From an uncultured Methanosarcinales archaeon (lineage in GTDB: Archaea > Nanobdellota > Nanobdellia > Woesearchaeales > UBA11576): a stretch of 64,000 nt of DNA. Numbering within the stretch: the first letter of the stretch is position 1; the number at the start of each line of letters is the position of its first letter. A program made the translations under genes and the position numbers. Positions 1 to 9,593 of this stretch are shown here, piece by piece. The DNA is taken from contig CAYOQS010000003.1 of the NCBI GenBank assembly GCA_964406185.1, forward strand, positions 114,459 through 178,458, written 5' to 3'. The notes under the pieces are model-generated. The model searched no databases. It had not been told where the DNA came from and saw only the letters and a list, made by a program, of their open reading frames with translations.

Positions 1-1
1 C

Positions 2-286
2 TTAAGCTTACCTTCAGGTTCGGGAATCATGTCAAGAATTGCAGGTTATAATTACACAATACTATCTTTCAAAAATGCCTTAAAAACTGGCGATACAGTC
101 TATTATTTCCACCCTTATGAAATTGGAAATCCGCCAGATATAAAAATACCCAATCTTAAAACACGAATCTTCATGAGAAGAATGGGAGAAAATTATTTCT
201 TCATGTTGCAAAAAATAATCAAACGCTATAAAGGCAGTTTCATCTGTGGAGAAGAACTTCTAGAGAGAAATCTGAGCAACGGATAA
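2..286 (+). CDS. hypothetical protein, 3' part of an ORF open to the window edge
   Basis: Frame is open from nt 2 to TAA 284-286 (track ORF starts at ATG 29). No motif recognised. Lies in the low-GC block. Confidence 0.3.
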   Translation, partial: LSLPSGSGIMSRIAGYNYTILSFKNALKTGDTVYYFHPYEIGNPPDIKIPNLKTRIFMRRMGENYFFMLQKIIKRYKGSFICGEELLERNLSNG

Positions 287-288
287 AA

Positions 289-1443
289 CTATCTCTTACT
301 CTTAATAAAGAGAACATTCTTATTTGAAAAATGTAAATCAGGATAATCGTTCATAACTATAATCGCATCTATTTTATCAGCACAGTCCAAATCTAAATAT
401 TTTAAGCCAAGATCGGACAATTCTTTTTGGGAATAAAGAGGATCAAAACAAAAAACATCATAACCGCGTTTCTCCAATAAACGAATAAAAGGGATAGACC
501 TGGTGTATGCAGTCTCCTTAACACCTTCTCGGTAACTAACGCCGACAACAAGAATTTTACCCCCTTTTGTCATTTCTTTAATCGCATCAGCATAATAAAA
601 TATCATCTCATCGTTTATTCTCCGAGCCGTTTCGATTAGGGGAACATCAAAATAATTTATAAGAAACCAAGGATAAACAGGTATACAGTGACCCCCCACA
701 TTTCCCGGAAAATGCAGATTACAAAATTGATGACGGGTCTTTTCTTGAACCTCGGCATAATCTATGCCCTTTGAATTACACACTTTCAGAATTTCGTTTG
801 CAAGGGCTATATTCACATCCCTATAAATCCCTTCGGCAACTTTTATCATCTCCGCCGTTTCTGCGTTGGATACCAAATCAACCTTTTTGTTAAATCTAGC
901 ATACAAATCAAAAGCTTTTTTTCCACTTTCTCTATCTATTCCACCCACAACCTTTGGAAAATCCATATAGCGGGAAATCGATCTGCCCGTCATAATTCTT
1001 TCAGGAGAGTAAGCCAAATTATAATTCTTTCCTGAAGCATCAAGAATGGGTTTAATGACCCTATTAGTTGAACCAGGAGGTAAAGTTGTCTCAAGAACGA
1101 CCAGATTACCATCATCAATAATGCCAGCAATTCTTCTGGTCGCAGATCTCAATATAGAAAAATCAGGCCGCTTCTCATCATCAATAAACAACGGAACAAT
1201 CATCAGGTAAGCTTCACATTCTTTTGCATCCGAATAATCAGTGGTTGCCTTAAAGTTATTACCTACTTGACGCTTAAGTATCTCGGTGAGACCTTCTTCT
1301 TCGGGTATAGGGTTCTGTTTCCTGTTTATCAAATCTACCCTTTCAGCATCTAAATCAATGCCCGTAACATTCAATCCTGCCTCAGCCATCACTGCTGCTA
1401 GAGGCAAACCAGCTTTGCCAAGCCCAATCACGGCAACTTTCAA
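289..1443 (-). CDS. nucleotide-sugar dehydrogenase, UDP-ManNAc/UDP-glucose dehydrogenase family (WecC/Cap5O-like)
   Basis: Rossmann start KVAVIGLGKAGLPLA, catalytic Cys region GGHCIPVYP, family-typical length. Start moved to TTG 1443, directly after the upstream stop at 1445; the longest ORF to 1500 overlaps the upstream gene. Confidence 0.8.
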   Translation of the reverse strand: MKVAVIGLGKAGLPLAAVMAEAGLNVTGIDLDAERVDLINRKQNPIPEEEGLTEILKRQVGNNFKATTDYSDAKECEAYLMIVPLFIDDEKRPDFSILRSATRRIAGIIDDGNLVVLETTLPPGSTNRVIKPILDASGKNYNLAYSPERIMTGRSISRYMDFPKVVGGIDRESGKKAFDLYARFNKKVDLVSNAETAEMIKVAEGIYRDVNIALANEILKVCNSKGIDYAEVQEKTRHQFCNLHFPGNVGGHCIPVYPWFLINYFDVPLIETARRINDEMIFYYADAIKEMTKGGKILVVGVSYREGVKETAYTRSIPFIRLLEKRGYDVFCFDPLYSQKELSDLGLKYLDLDCADKIDAIIVMNDYPDLHFSNKNVLFIKSKR

Positions 1444-1444
1444 C

Positions 1445-2428
1445 TTAATCCTCTCCGGAAGAAATAATCCTTTTGGCAAGTTCAAGAGCAACAAGGCCAT
1501 CTTCCCCTTTCACAAGTGGCTTTGTATCATTTTTAACGCAGTCAACAAAATGCTCAAGTTCAGCCAACAGAGGTTCTTTCTTTTGTATGAAAAATTTAGT
1601 CATCTTCCCTTCTAGAACTCCGTTTATCGCTGGAAAAGTCGATGTTGAACCATTTAGCAAGGCATTCTCGTGAAAGTATATATCCTGAGTAATATAATTC
1701 ACTATGAACATCCCTTTCTCCCCTGTTATCGCCAGGTTTCGTATCTTTGTCGGGGTCAACCAATCCACACTCAAGGTACATATGGTCCCATTATCCAAAC
1801 GAACAAGAGCTTTGACCAAATCCTCATGAGATGAGTTTATCTTCTTATCAAGTTCCGAACTAATTTTCTTGACTTCCGATCCGGTTATATATCTCATAAT
1901 ATCCAAATCATGGACTGCCAAGTCAATAACAACACCAACATCACGAATTCGCGCAGGAAATGGACCAACCCTATTGATATCGATCTTAAAGACCCTTCCG
2001 AGTTCATCATTAGATAAGCGCCTCTTAAGTTCCCGAATAGCAGGATTAAATCTTTCAATATGTCCAATAAGTAATTTTATGCCTTTCCTTTCAGCAAAAT
2101 CAATTATTTCCTGCGCATCTTTAACATCAGACGCTATTGGCTTCTCAAGCAAAATATCCACGCCCTTAGATATTACATCTAAAGCGACATTCTTATGCAA
2201 TTCTGTCGGGACAACTACAGAGATAAGATCAATCTTTTCTGTGCAAAGCATATCTGTATAATTAGTATAAGCTTTACAACCATATTTCTTGGCTAATTTT
2301 CTAACGAGAACCGCATCAGGATCAGCGATAGCAACAAGATTAGTATCTTCCATGTCCGCGTATATACGGGCATGATTCTTACCCATCGACCCCACACCAA
2401 TAACTGCAGCATTAAGCATAAATAACAC
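1445..2428 (-). CDS. Gfo/Idh/MocA NAD-dependent oxidoreductase, WbpB-like (candidate UDP-GlcNAcA 3-dehydrogenase)
   Basis: N-terminal AAVIGVGSMGKNHARIY, LLEKPIA motif, about 325 aa. Sits beside DegT aminotransferase and acetyltransferase genes. Confidence 0.7.
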   Translation of the reverse strand: MLFMLNAAVIGVGSMGKNHARIYADMEDTNLVAIADPDAVLVRKLAKKYGCKAYTNYTDMLCTEKIDLISVVVPTELHKNVALDVISKGVDILLEKPIASDVKDAQEIIDFAERKGIKLLIGHIERFNPAIRELKRRLSNDELGRVFKIDINRVGPFPARIRDVGVVIDLAVHDLDIMRYITGSEVKKISSELDKKINSSHEDLVKALVRLDNGTICTLSVDWLTPTKIRNLAITGEKGMFIVNYITQDIYFHENALLNGSTSTFPAINGVLEGKMTKFFIQKKEPLLAELEHFVDCVKNDTKPLVKGEDGLVALELAKRIISSGED

Positions 2429-2460
2429 CCGAATATTGAAACAAGAATAAACCAGTCACT

Positions 2461-3318
2461 TTATAAAAGTTTGGTTTTCAATTTGAGAAGATTATCCAAT
2501 AGAACCGCCACAGTCATCGGCCCAACCCCTCCGGGTACAGGCGTAATATGACTTGCCTTTTTCTTCACACCCTCAAAATCTACATCGCCAAATATCCTAT
2601 TTTTCTTTCGAGAAATACCAACATCAACAACAATCACCCCTTCTTTAACCATTTCGGAAGTAATCAAACCCCGTATACCGACAGCAGTCACGATAATATC
2701 CGCTTTTTTTGTGATAGATTCCAAGTTCTTCGTAAACTTATGACAAACAGTAACGGTAGCCAACTCATTAATCATCATAAGAGCCAAGGGCTTTCCCACC
2801 AAAACACCATTATTAACAATAACAACATTACTGCCTTTAACATCTATATTGTATTCGCGCAATAATCTTATGATACCTTTGGGTGTTGCGGGCTGAATGT
2901 TTTCATTCACCCCTATAAGCCTGCCAAGATTGTATGATGTCAGCCCATCAACATCTTTTGATGGAAGGATGGAATCTAAAATGTCCCTTACACATATATG
3001 TCTCGGTAAAGGAAGCTGGACCAAAATACCTGAAACATCTTCATCATTATTCAAAGAAGAAATTTTAGACTTCAGAGACTCCCCAGATACTTCAGAATTA
3101 AAACGAATCAACTCAAATCCAACACCAATTATTTCACAAGCCTCTTTTTTTTTCCTGACATAAATTTCAGAAGCAGGATTATCACCTACCAGAATAACTG
3201 CGAGCTTCACCTTCAAGCCCTGCGCCACTTTAGTCTTTAAATCTTCTAAAATTCTGTCAGCCACAGTCTTTCCATCAAGCAATATTGGCCTATCAATCGC
3301 TGCAAAATACATAATCAA
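2461..3318 (-). CDS. folD: bifunctional methylenetetrahydrofolate dehydrogenase/cyclohydrolase FolD
   Basis: Hallmark blocks ILDGKTVADRI, VGDNPASEIYVRKK and HITPVPGGVGPMTVAVLL. Confidence 0.9.
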   Translation of the reverse strand: MIMYFAAIDRPILLDGKTVADRILEDLKTKVAQGLKVKLAVILVGDNPASEIYVRKKKEACEIIGVGFELIRFNSEVSGESLKSKISSLNNDEDVSGILVQLPLPRHICVRDILDSILPSKDVDGLTSYNLGRLIGVNENIQPATPKGIIRLLREYNIDVKGSNVVIVNNGVLVGKPLALMMINELATVTVCHKFTKNLESITKKADIIVTAVGIRGLITSEMVKEGVIVVDVGISRKKNRIFGDVDFEGVKKKASHITPVPGGVGPMTVAVLLDNLLKLKTKLL

Positions 3319-3331
3319 ACACCCATAATAT

Positions 3332-3910
3332 TTATCTGCATTCTATTTTACCATCCTCTGTAAATATATAATCGACTTTAATGTCATGTTTCTCTACTGG
3401 AACTTTATCCAAAATCTGAAAACTGTAAGCCAAACCTAACTTAGGAATACCCACATTCCTTAAAAACTTATCATAATAACCGCCACCCCTGCCTAAGCGA
3501 TTACCACATACGTCGAAAGCGATAGCTGGAAGAATCACCAAGTCCATCTGCTCGATTGAACCAATAGGGGACTCTGGTTTCGGATTCATTATACCAAATG
3601 CTCCCTTAACCAGATTTTTTTCAGACCTACAAAGTTCGCGAACAGCCAATTTTGATTCTGCCACATCAATAACAGGTAAAAACACACTTTTTCCCGAAGA
3701 AAGTGCAAAACGGATTAAAGAACAGGTATCTACCTCATTACCTTTTGGATAATACAACAGAACATTTTTGGCATCTTTAAAAAATCTTTCCTGAGTTATT
3801 TTTTCAGTAGCTGCCTTTGAACGTGCGGCAACAAAAGAGGCGTGCAAACTTCTCCTTCTTGACCCAATCTCAATTCTAATCATTTCTTTAGTACTCAACT
3901 TATTGTCCAT
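3332..3910 (-). CDS. 5-formyltetrahydrofolate cyclo-ligase (MTHFS)
   Basis: LPAIAFD..GNRLGRGGGYYD motif. Start set at ATG 3910; the upstream part of the long track ORF overlaps the end of the DegT gene. Confidence 0.8.
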   Translation of the reverse strand: MDNKLSTKEMIRIEIGSRRRSLHASFVAARSKAATEKITQERFFKDAKNVLLYYPKGNEVDTCSLIRFALSSGKSVFLPVIDVAESKLAVRELCRSEKNLVKGAFGIMNPKPESPIGSIEQMDLVILPAIAFDVCGNRLGRGGGYYDKFLRNVGIPKLGLAYSFQILDKVPVEKHDIKVDYIFTEDGKIECR

Positions 3911-3938
3911 GTGAACCTCGCAAAAAACCTTAATTAAT

Positions 3939-5039
3939 CTACTTGATATTGCCAAAAGTTTTAAAGACCTGAATAATCTTAGATATTTCTTTTTCTCCCA
4001 CCCCTGGATGAACAGGTAATGAAAAAACTTCCCCGGCAGCATTCTCTGCAATAAGAAAATCACCACTTTTATATCCTTGCTTTCTAAAAAACGGATGCAA
4101 GTGGAGAGGCTTAGGATAGAAAACACCAAAGCCAACACCATTATCCTTAAGGTAAGCAGCCAATCCCTCCCGGATCTTTGAATCTACCCTAACAGTATAT
4201 TGATGAAAAACATGCTTACGACAGGGCAGTATTTTCGGAGTCCTCAACCAATCCAATGAAGACAGCCCATCTGTCAAAAGTTCAGCGTTTCTTATCCTTT
4301 TTGAAGTGAAATCATCAAGACGCTTCAATTGCTCCAAAGCAATCGCTGCCTGTAAATCCATCATACGATAATTGTATCCAAGATCATGATATTCATAACG
4401 GGTCTGTTCTGACTGGCCATGATGCCTGAACCGTTTAGCAAGTTCCGCGATTTCAGGGTTATCTGTTGTCAATATCCCCCCTTCTCCCGACATCATGTTC
4501 TTTGTCGCATAAAAAGAAAAAGCAGCCACTTCTCCAAAAGACCCTGCCTTTTTACCGTTGAACTCCGCACCGTGAGCCTGACAGGCATCTTCAACCAACA
4601 CCAAATCATTATCATCAGCAATCTCTCTCAATGCCTTAACATCTGCCACCTGGCCGAACAAGTCAACAAAAAGGATGGCTTTAGTCTTTTCTGTGATTGC
4701 CGCCTTTACTTTTCCTGGGTCGATGTTAAAAGACTCTTCATCTATATCAACAAAGACGGTTCTTGCATTCTGCATAATTATGGAATTAGCGGTGGCGACA
4801 AACGTAAACGGGGTAGTAATAACCTCATCTCCCTGCTTTATCCCTGCAGAATACATCGAACAATGAAGTGCTGCAGTCCCGCTGTTTACCGCGACAGCGT
4901 ATTTTGTACCACAAAAATCTGCAAATCTTTCCTCAAGCTCCTTAACCCTCACCCCTTGGGCAAGCATTCCAGAATCAATTACCTTTGAAACCGCTTCTTT
5001 TTCCTCAAATCCAATAAATGGTTTCGCAATGGGTATCAT
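3939..5039 (-). CDS. DegT/DnrJ/EryC1/StrS-family PLP aminotransferase (WbpE-like sugar 3-aminotransferase)
   Basis: MIPIAKPFIGFEEKEAV start, DEVITTPFTFVAT, FSFYATKN (PLP-Lys region), about 366 aa. Confidence 0.85.
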   Translation of the reverse strand: MIPIAKPFIGFEEKEAVSKVIDSGMLAQGVRVKELEERFADFCGTKYAVAVNSGTAALHCSMYSAGIKQGDEVITTPFTFVATANSIIMQNARTVFVDIDEESFNIDPGKVKAAITEKTKAILFVDLFGQVADVKALREIADDNDLVLVEDACQAHGAEFNGKKAGSFGEVAAFSFYATKNMMSGEGGILTTDNPEIAELAKRFRHHGQSEQTRYEYHDLGYNYRMMDLQAAIALEQLKRLDDFTSKRIRNAELLTDGLSSLDWLRTPKILPCRKHVFHQYTVRVDSKIREGLAAYLKDNGVGFGVFYPKPLHLHPFFRKQGYKSGDFLIAENAAGEVFSLPVHPGVGEKEISKIIQVFKTFGNIK

Positions 5040-5040
5040 T

Positions 5041-5658
5041 TTATCCTTTTACACTCTCAAAAATATTCTTGTCTATAAAATATTCCTTTCCGCATGAATC
5101 ACAGATCATGAATACCTGTTCTTCTTTTTTTTCTTTCAAAATCATGCGGCCCGCGCAAACACAGACAAACCCCCTAAGCCTTGCAGGATTTCCGTATACC
5201 AAACCATAATCAGGCACAGATTTTGTAACTACAGACCCTGCACCGACCAATGCAAAACACCCTATAGTTATGCCGCTGACAATCGTAGAGTTCGCTCCCA
5301 AGGAGGCTCCGTGCTTTACCAACGTTTCTGATAATTCCCAATCCTTATCCTTTGCTGTCGCACCTGTCTTAAGATTTCCATCAGGACTAATGGACCTGGG
5401 CAGCTTATCATTGGTGAAACAAACATGCGGCCCGACAAAAACGCCATCTTCAATTTTGACTCCCTGATATATAGATACATTATTTTGAATCTTTACATTA
5501 TTTCCTATCTTAACACCAGCACAAACGTATACGTTTTTGGACAGGACACAATCATCTCCAATAATCGCTTTCTCTCTTACCTGTGCTTGATGCCAAATCT
5601 TGGAATTCTTGCCGATTTCAGCATCTTTCGACACATCTGCAGTTGGGTGTATCATCAT
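5041..5658 (-). CDS. hexapeptide-repeat (left-handed beta-helix) N-acetyltransferase, WbpD-like
   Basis: Repeating IGxxxxI pattern ([39 protein letters not shown]). Cys-rich C-terminus CVCAG..CDSCG. ATG 5658 chosen because the upstream gene stops at 5675. Confidence 0.75.
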   Translation of the reverse strand: MMIHPTADVSKDAEIGKNSKIWHQAQVREKAIIGDDCVLSKNVYVCAGVKIGNNVKIQNNVSIYQGVKIEDGVFVGPHVCFTNDKLPRSISPDGNLKTGATAKDKDWELSETLVKHGASLGANSTIVSGITIGCFALVGAGSVVTKSVPDYGLVYGNPARLRGFVCVCAGRMILKEKKEEQVFMICDSCGKEYFIDKNIFESVKG

Positions 5659-5674
5659 TTTCACTAAATTTGTA

Positions 5675-6997
5675 TCAAACTTTTCCAACACCGAAATACT
5701 CGAACCCAAATGACTTCAGCATGTCGGGGTCGTAGATGTTCCTGCCGTCAAATATCACAGGGATGTTAAGCATAGACTTTATCTCTGCGAAATCAGGGGC
5801 CCTGAACACATCCCATTCGGTCACTAGCGCCAGACCATCTGCACCCTTAAGTGTTTCGTATTTAGTGTTTGAGAAACTTACCTTATCACCGAAAACCCTC
5901 TTCGTGTTCTCCATCGCCTTGGGATCGTAAGCATTAACCTCTGCGCCCTTTTCAAGAAGATAATCTATTATATATATCGCTGCGGACTCCCTGACATCGT
6001 CAGTCCTGGGCTTGAAAGAAAGACCCCACAACGCAATCCTCTTACCCTTCAACCCCCCTTTTGAAGAGTAGAAAGCATCCATCTTCCCTGCAAGATAAAG
6101 CTTCTGGGCATTGTTGACCTCGTCCACCGCCCTCAATATCTTGGGTGAGTAACCTCTTTCTGACGAAGCCGACATCAACCCCCGTATGTCCTTAGGGAAA
6201 CAACTTCCACCATAACCTACACTTGGAAAATAGAACTCCCAACCTATCCTGGAATCAGAACAGACCCCCTCCCTCACCTCGGATATGTCACCTCCGAATG
6301 CGTCACAGATGTTTGCAGCCTCGTTTATGAAAGAAATCTTAGTAGCAAGACAGGAATTCGCTATTATCTTTGTAAGCTCGGCATTGATCGGCTTCATGAA
6401 TATCAGCTTGCCTCGCTTCAGGGCAAATGGATGGTACAGCTGCTCCATCACACTGCGGGCATCATCAGAATCAGCACCTATTACTATACGGTCAGGACTC
6501 TCAAAATCCTTGATCGCGCGACCCTCCTTCATGAACTCAGGATTTGAGACCACATCAAACCTTGCAGAAGAGCCTGAAAGTTCGGAGGAAACCAATTCCC
6601 TGACCAGCTTATTCGTGCCGGGCGGAACCGTGCTCTTGATGACAACCACCTTATATCCTGAAAGCCGGTTCAGCTCCCGGCCTATGCTCCTGGCAACATC
6701 CTTGACATATTTCAGGTTGAACGAGCCGTCATCGCTCTGTGGAGTGCCAACAGCGATAAAGTAGACATCAGACTCCTTCAGAGCTGAAGAAAGATCTGTC
6801 GTGAATGAAATCTTCTCACTGCCGGAATTGGTTATGATATCTGACAGACCCGGCTCGTAAATAGGTATGACGCCTTTTTTGAGAGATTCTATCTTATCAG
6901 GGTCTATGTCAACGCAAGTGACGGAATGGCCGAACTTGGCAAAAACAGCACCTATCGTCAGACCCACATAACCTGTCCCAATAACCGCAATCCGCAT
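5675..6997 (-). CDS. UDP-glucose/GDP-mannose dehydrogenase family protein (UDP-glucose or UDP-GlcNAc 6-dehydrogenase, WbpA-like)
   Basis: [13 protein letters not shown] Rossmann start, GGSCFPKD active-site Cys, full three-domain length. Start at ATG 6997. Confidence 0.85.
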   Translation of the reverse strand: MRIAVIGTGYVGLTIGAVFAKFGHSVTCVDIDPDKIESLKKGVIPIYEPGLSDIITNSGSEKISFTTDLSSALKESDVYFIAVGTPQSDDGSFNLKYVKDVARSIGRELNRLSGYKVVVIKSTVPPGTNKLVRELVSSELSGSSARFDVVSNPEFMKEGRAIKDFESPDRIVIGADSDDARSVMEQLYHPFALKRGKLIFMKPINAELTKIIANSCLATKISFINEAANICDAFGGDISEVREGVCSDSRIGWEFYFPSVGYGGSCFPKDIRGLMSASSERGYSPKILRAVDEVNNAQKLYLAGKMDAFYSSKGGLKGKRIALWGLSFKPRTDDVRESAAIYIIDYLLEKGAEVNAYDPKAMENTKRVFGDKVSFSNTKYETLKGADGLALVTEWDVFRAPDFAEIKSMLNIPVIFDGRNIYDPDMLKSFGFEYFGVGKV

Positions 6998-7063
6998 CAA
7001 ACCACCAACATCAGGACAAAAACAAGGCATATAAAAACCTTGCTCCCAAAAAACACAAAAACC

Positions 7064-7070
7064 TTATAAA
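7064..7070 (+). promoter_or_regulatory. TATA box for the 5S rRNA gene
   Basis: TTATAAA lies about 27 nt upstream of the 5S 5' end. Confidence 0.5.
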
Positions 7071-7091
7071 CAACCTCAAAATCCCAGAGTA

Positions 7092-7207
7092 TTGGACGGC
7101 CATAGTGGCTTGGTTACACCGGTACCCATTCCGAACACCGAAGTTAAGCAAGCCTACGTTTGGTGCAGTACTAGCCTTTAGGTTGGGAAACACCAAAAGC
7201 TGTCCCC
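7092..7207 (+). rRNA. rrf: 5S ribosomal RNA, not linked to 16S/23S in this window
   Basis: GGCCATAGTGGC...CCGGTACCCATTCCGAACACCGAAGTTAAGC core. Terminal helix GGACGGC (7094-7100) pairs with GCTGTCC (7199-7205). Confidence 0.9.
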
Positions 7208-7227
7208 TTTTCATAATTCTCAGAAAT

Positions 7228-8088
7228 TCAACAGGTATTCTCCAGTCTGGCCAAGAAAAAGCCCTGTGTCCCTGTCTTATCAGGCCATAAGCGCCTGCAC
7301 AGCCCTGTCCTGCCAGTGGTGCCTTTTTCGCCCAAATCAAGGCCTGTAGAGACCAGCTTCACAGAAAGGTTGTCCAGGGCCCATCCTATCACTTCTTCGT
7401 TTTCCTCCGGCTCCAGGGAGCACGTGCTGTAGACCAAAGCTCCAGATGGCTTCAGGACCTGAACAGCCGCCCTCAGAAGAGACTTCTGCAGCTTGGCCTG
7501 CTCTTTCACACCTTCCAACGATCTCTTGTCAAACCACCCAGGATCAGCCACGAAATTACCAGAGCAGGGAGCATCAAGAAGCACCTTATCAAAAATAACC
7601 CCAAAGTCCTGAGCATGAGCAGCATCCTTCTGATAGACAAGGCAATCCTTAACACCACAGCGCTCAAGATTATTCTTCAAAGCCCGCAACCTCGAAGCAT
7701 TGCTGTCAAGCGCAATTATGGTGCCCTGGTTCTTCATGTACTGGGCAATCTGAGTGGTCTTTGAGCCAGGCGCAGCAGCCATGTCAAGAACACATTCTCC
7801 CTTTTCAGGAGATAACACCCGGACAGGCAGCTGTGAAGCGGCCTCCTGGATGTAAAAGTAGCCATGCAGATACTCAGCAGTCGAGCTCAGGGAGAAGTCT
7901 GCCTCTGCCCAGTAGCCATGGTCAGTGAAAGGGACTTTCTCAAGCCTAACCTTCTTCTTTTTCAGACGCCTGACAAGAACATCTTCAGCAATCTTCAAAG
8001 TGTTTATACGAATGCACTGCCTGAGCTGGACCTTTTCAGGATCAATATCGTGGCCGAGCTCTTTGTAACGCCTCAGGAAGAAGTTCAT
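7228..8088 (-). CDS. NOL1/NOP2/Sun-family RNA cytosine-C5 methyltransferase
   Basis: SAM motif DMAAAPGSKT; catalytic Cys motifs DAPCSG and VYSTCS. Confidence 0.85.
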   Translation of the reverse strand: MNFFLRRYKELGHDIDPEKVQLRQCIRINTLKIAEDVLVRRLKKKKVRLEKVPFTDHGYWAEADFSLSSTAEYLHGYFYIQEAASQLPVRVLSPEKGECVLDMAAAPGSKTTQIAQYMKNQGTIIALDSNASRLRALKNNLERCGVKDCLVYQKDAAHAQDFGVIFDKVLLDAPCSGNFVADPGWFDKRSLEGVKEQAKLQKSLLRAAVQVLKPSGALVYSTCSLEPEENEEVIGWALDNLSVKLVSTGLDLGEKGTTGRTGLCRRLWPDKTGTQGFFLARLENTC

Positions 8089-8993
8089 TTTCGCATCCAG
8101 TCAACAGTACGTCTCAAACCTTCATCAAGCGAGTACTTTATCACAAACCCTTCTTCTTTTAATTTAGATATATCACCGTATGAACGCACAATATCGCCTG
8201 CCCTCGCAGAAGCATATATAATCTCAGAATCGGATCGCGAAATTCTGATAATCCCCTTCGCCAAATCATTAATAGATGTCTCCATACCCGTCCCGACATT
8301 ATATATTCCCACAAGGCTTTCAAGCGCGAGAACACAAACCCGAATCACATCCTTCACATATATGAAATCCCTTGTCTGCTCACCATCACCAAAAATAGTT
8401 ATTGGCCCATCATCCAGCGCCTTGCTGATGAATATAGGGATCGCTGCTGCGTACTGACTCTCAGGATCCTGTCTGGGACCGAATACGTTGAAAAACCTCA
8501 AACAACAAGTCTCAATCTTGCCCTCTTTCTGGTATTTTGACATAAGCTCCTCTGCCTTAAGCTTGGATTCCGCATAAGGGCTCTTAGGGTCCGGAATCAT
8601 GGATTCTTTCTTCGGAAGGACAGGAGAATCACCATATACTGCGCACGAACTTGAGAAAATGACTTTTTTCACACCATTCTTTTCTGCAGCTTTCAGCACG
8701 TTATCTGTACCCATCACATTCACTGCAGAGCATTCCCCAGGATGCTTTACCGACTCTGGCACGCTGATGAATGCCGCAAGATGAAAAACATAATCGCAAC
8801 CATTCATGGCCTTATCTAGGGTCTCAAAATCGGTTACATTTCCTTTGATAAATGTATGCCTCAAACTTTTCAGATTATCTTCAGACCCTGTTGAAAGATT
8901 GTCCAGGACAGTCACATCCGCCTCATCATGAAAATGTTCAACAATATGACTGCCAATAAACCCTGCACCCCCTGTAACCAATATCTTCATCAC
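8085..8993 (-). CDS. NAD-dependent sugar epimerase/dehydratase (UDP-glucose/GlcNAc 4-epimerase-like)
   Basis: MKILVTGGAGFIGSH and catalytic YxxxK (YAESK). Overlaps the downstream gene by 4 nt. Confidence 0.8.
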   Translation of the reverse strand: MMKILVTGGAGFIGSHIVEHFHDEADVTVLDNLSTGSEDNLKSLRHTFIKGNVTDFETLDKAMNGCDYVFHLAAFISVPESVKHPGECSAVNVMGTDNVLKAAEKNGVKKVIFSSSCAVYGDSPVLPKKESMIPDPKSPYAESKLKAEELMSKYQKEGKIETCCLRFFNVFGPRQDPESQYAAAIPIFISKALDDGPITIFGDGEQTRDFIYVKDVIRVCVLALESLVGIYNVGTGMETSINDLAKGIIRISRSDSEIIYASARAGDIVRSYGDISKLKEEGFVIKYSLDEGLRRTVDWMRK

Positions 8994-9583
8994 AAACCCG
9001 CCTCCACATCAACCTGCTGAACGGCTGCGGATTTCTTCTGGTTTATTAAACTGTTTATCCGCTCACACTTCTCCTTTGCCTTGCTCACGAACTGCACCTT
9101 GATTTCTTTCTCCTCTGTGCCTGTCAGCTCGACAGTGATGTCACCAAGACTGGAGGGAGAGTACTCCCTGAAATTGACCCTGATGATGTTTGTGACAGGC
9201 GTCGACCTCGTGATCTTGAAGAAGCTACCGTACGAATAAGCGAGGTTGTTGCCATCGAAGACCAGCTCATAAGAGGTCAATGAGAGCGTGCTGAAGAAAG
9301 CCAGGACAAGCATCAATCCTGATAGGACAACAAAAGCCCGAAAGCCCCACAACAAAGGTATGCCGAAGAAACCGAACGCCTCTGCAAAAGGGTTGGACCC
9401 TGCGAGGTGCTGAACGAGATAGAAAGCGCCCACCAAAGCCGCGATGAAAAAAACAGCCTTTCCCATATTCAGCAGGTACGCGGAAATGAGACTCGGAGAT
9501 ACGACAATCCGCTCCTCTTGGGACGCGCCCTCAGGCGTTCCCTGCGGATATTGCTGTTGAGCTTGTTGAGCGTCCATCCTCAT
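8990..9583 (-). CDS. membrane protein with bacterial-PH-like (YdbT/bPH_2-type) C-terminal region
   Basis: Gln-rich N-terminus and two hydrophobic helices, then LAYSYGSFFKITRSTPVTNIIRVNF. Family assignment is tentative. Confidence 0.4.
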   Translation of the reverse strand: MRMDAQQAQQQYPQGTPEGASQEERIVVSPSLISAYLLNMGKAVFFIAALVGAFYLVQHLAGSNPFAEAFGFFGIPLLWGFRAFVVLSGLMLVLAFFSTLSLTSYELVFDGNNLAYSYGSFFKITRSTPVTNIIRVNFREYSPSSLGDITVELTGTEEKEIKVQFVSKAKEKCERINSLINQKKSAAVQQVDVEAGL

Positions 9584-9593
9584 CAGTCCAGTC

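Noticed and set aside
7011-7340. 109-aa minus-strand ORF
   Set aside because: It overlaps the 5S rRNA gene and its promoter, so it is spurious.
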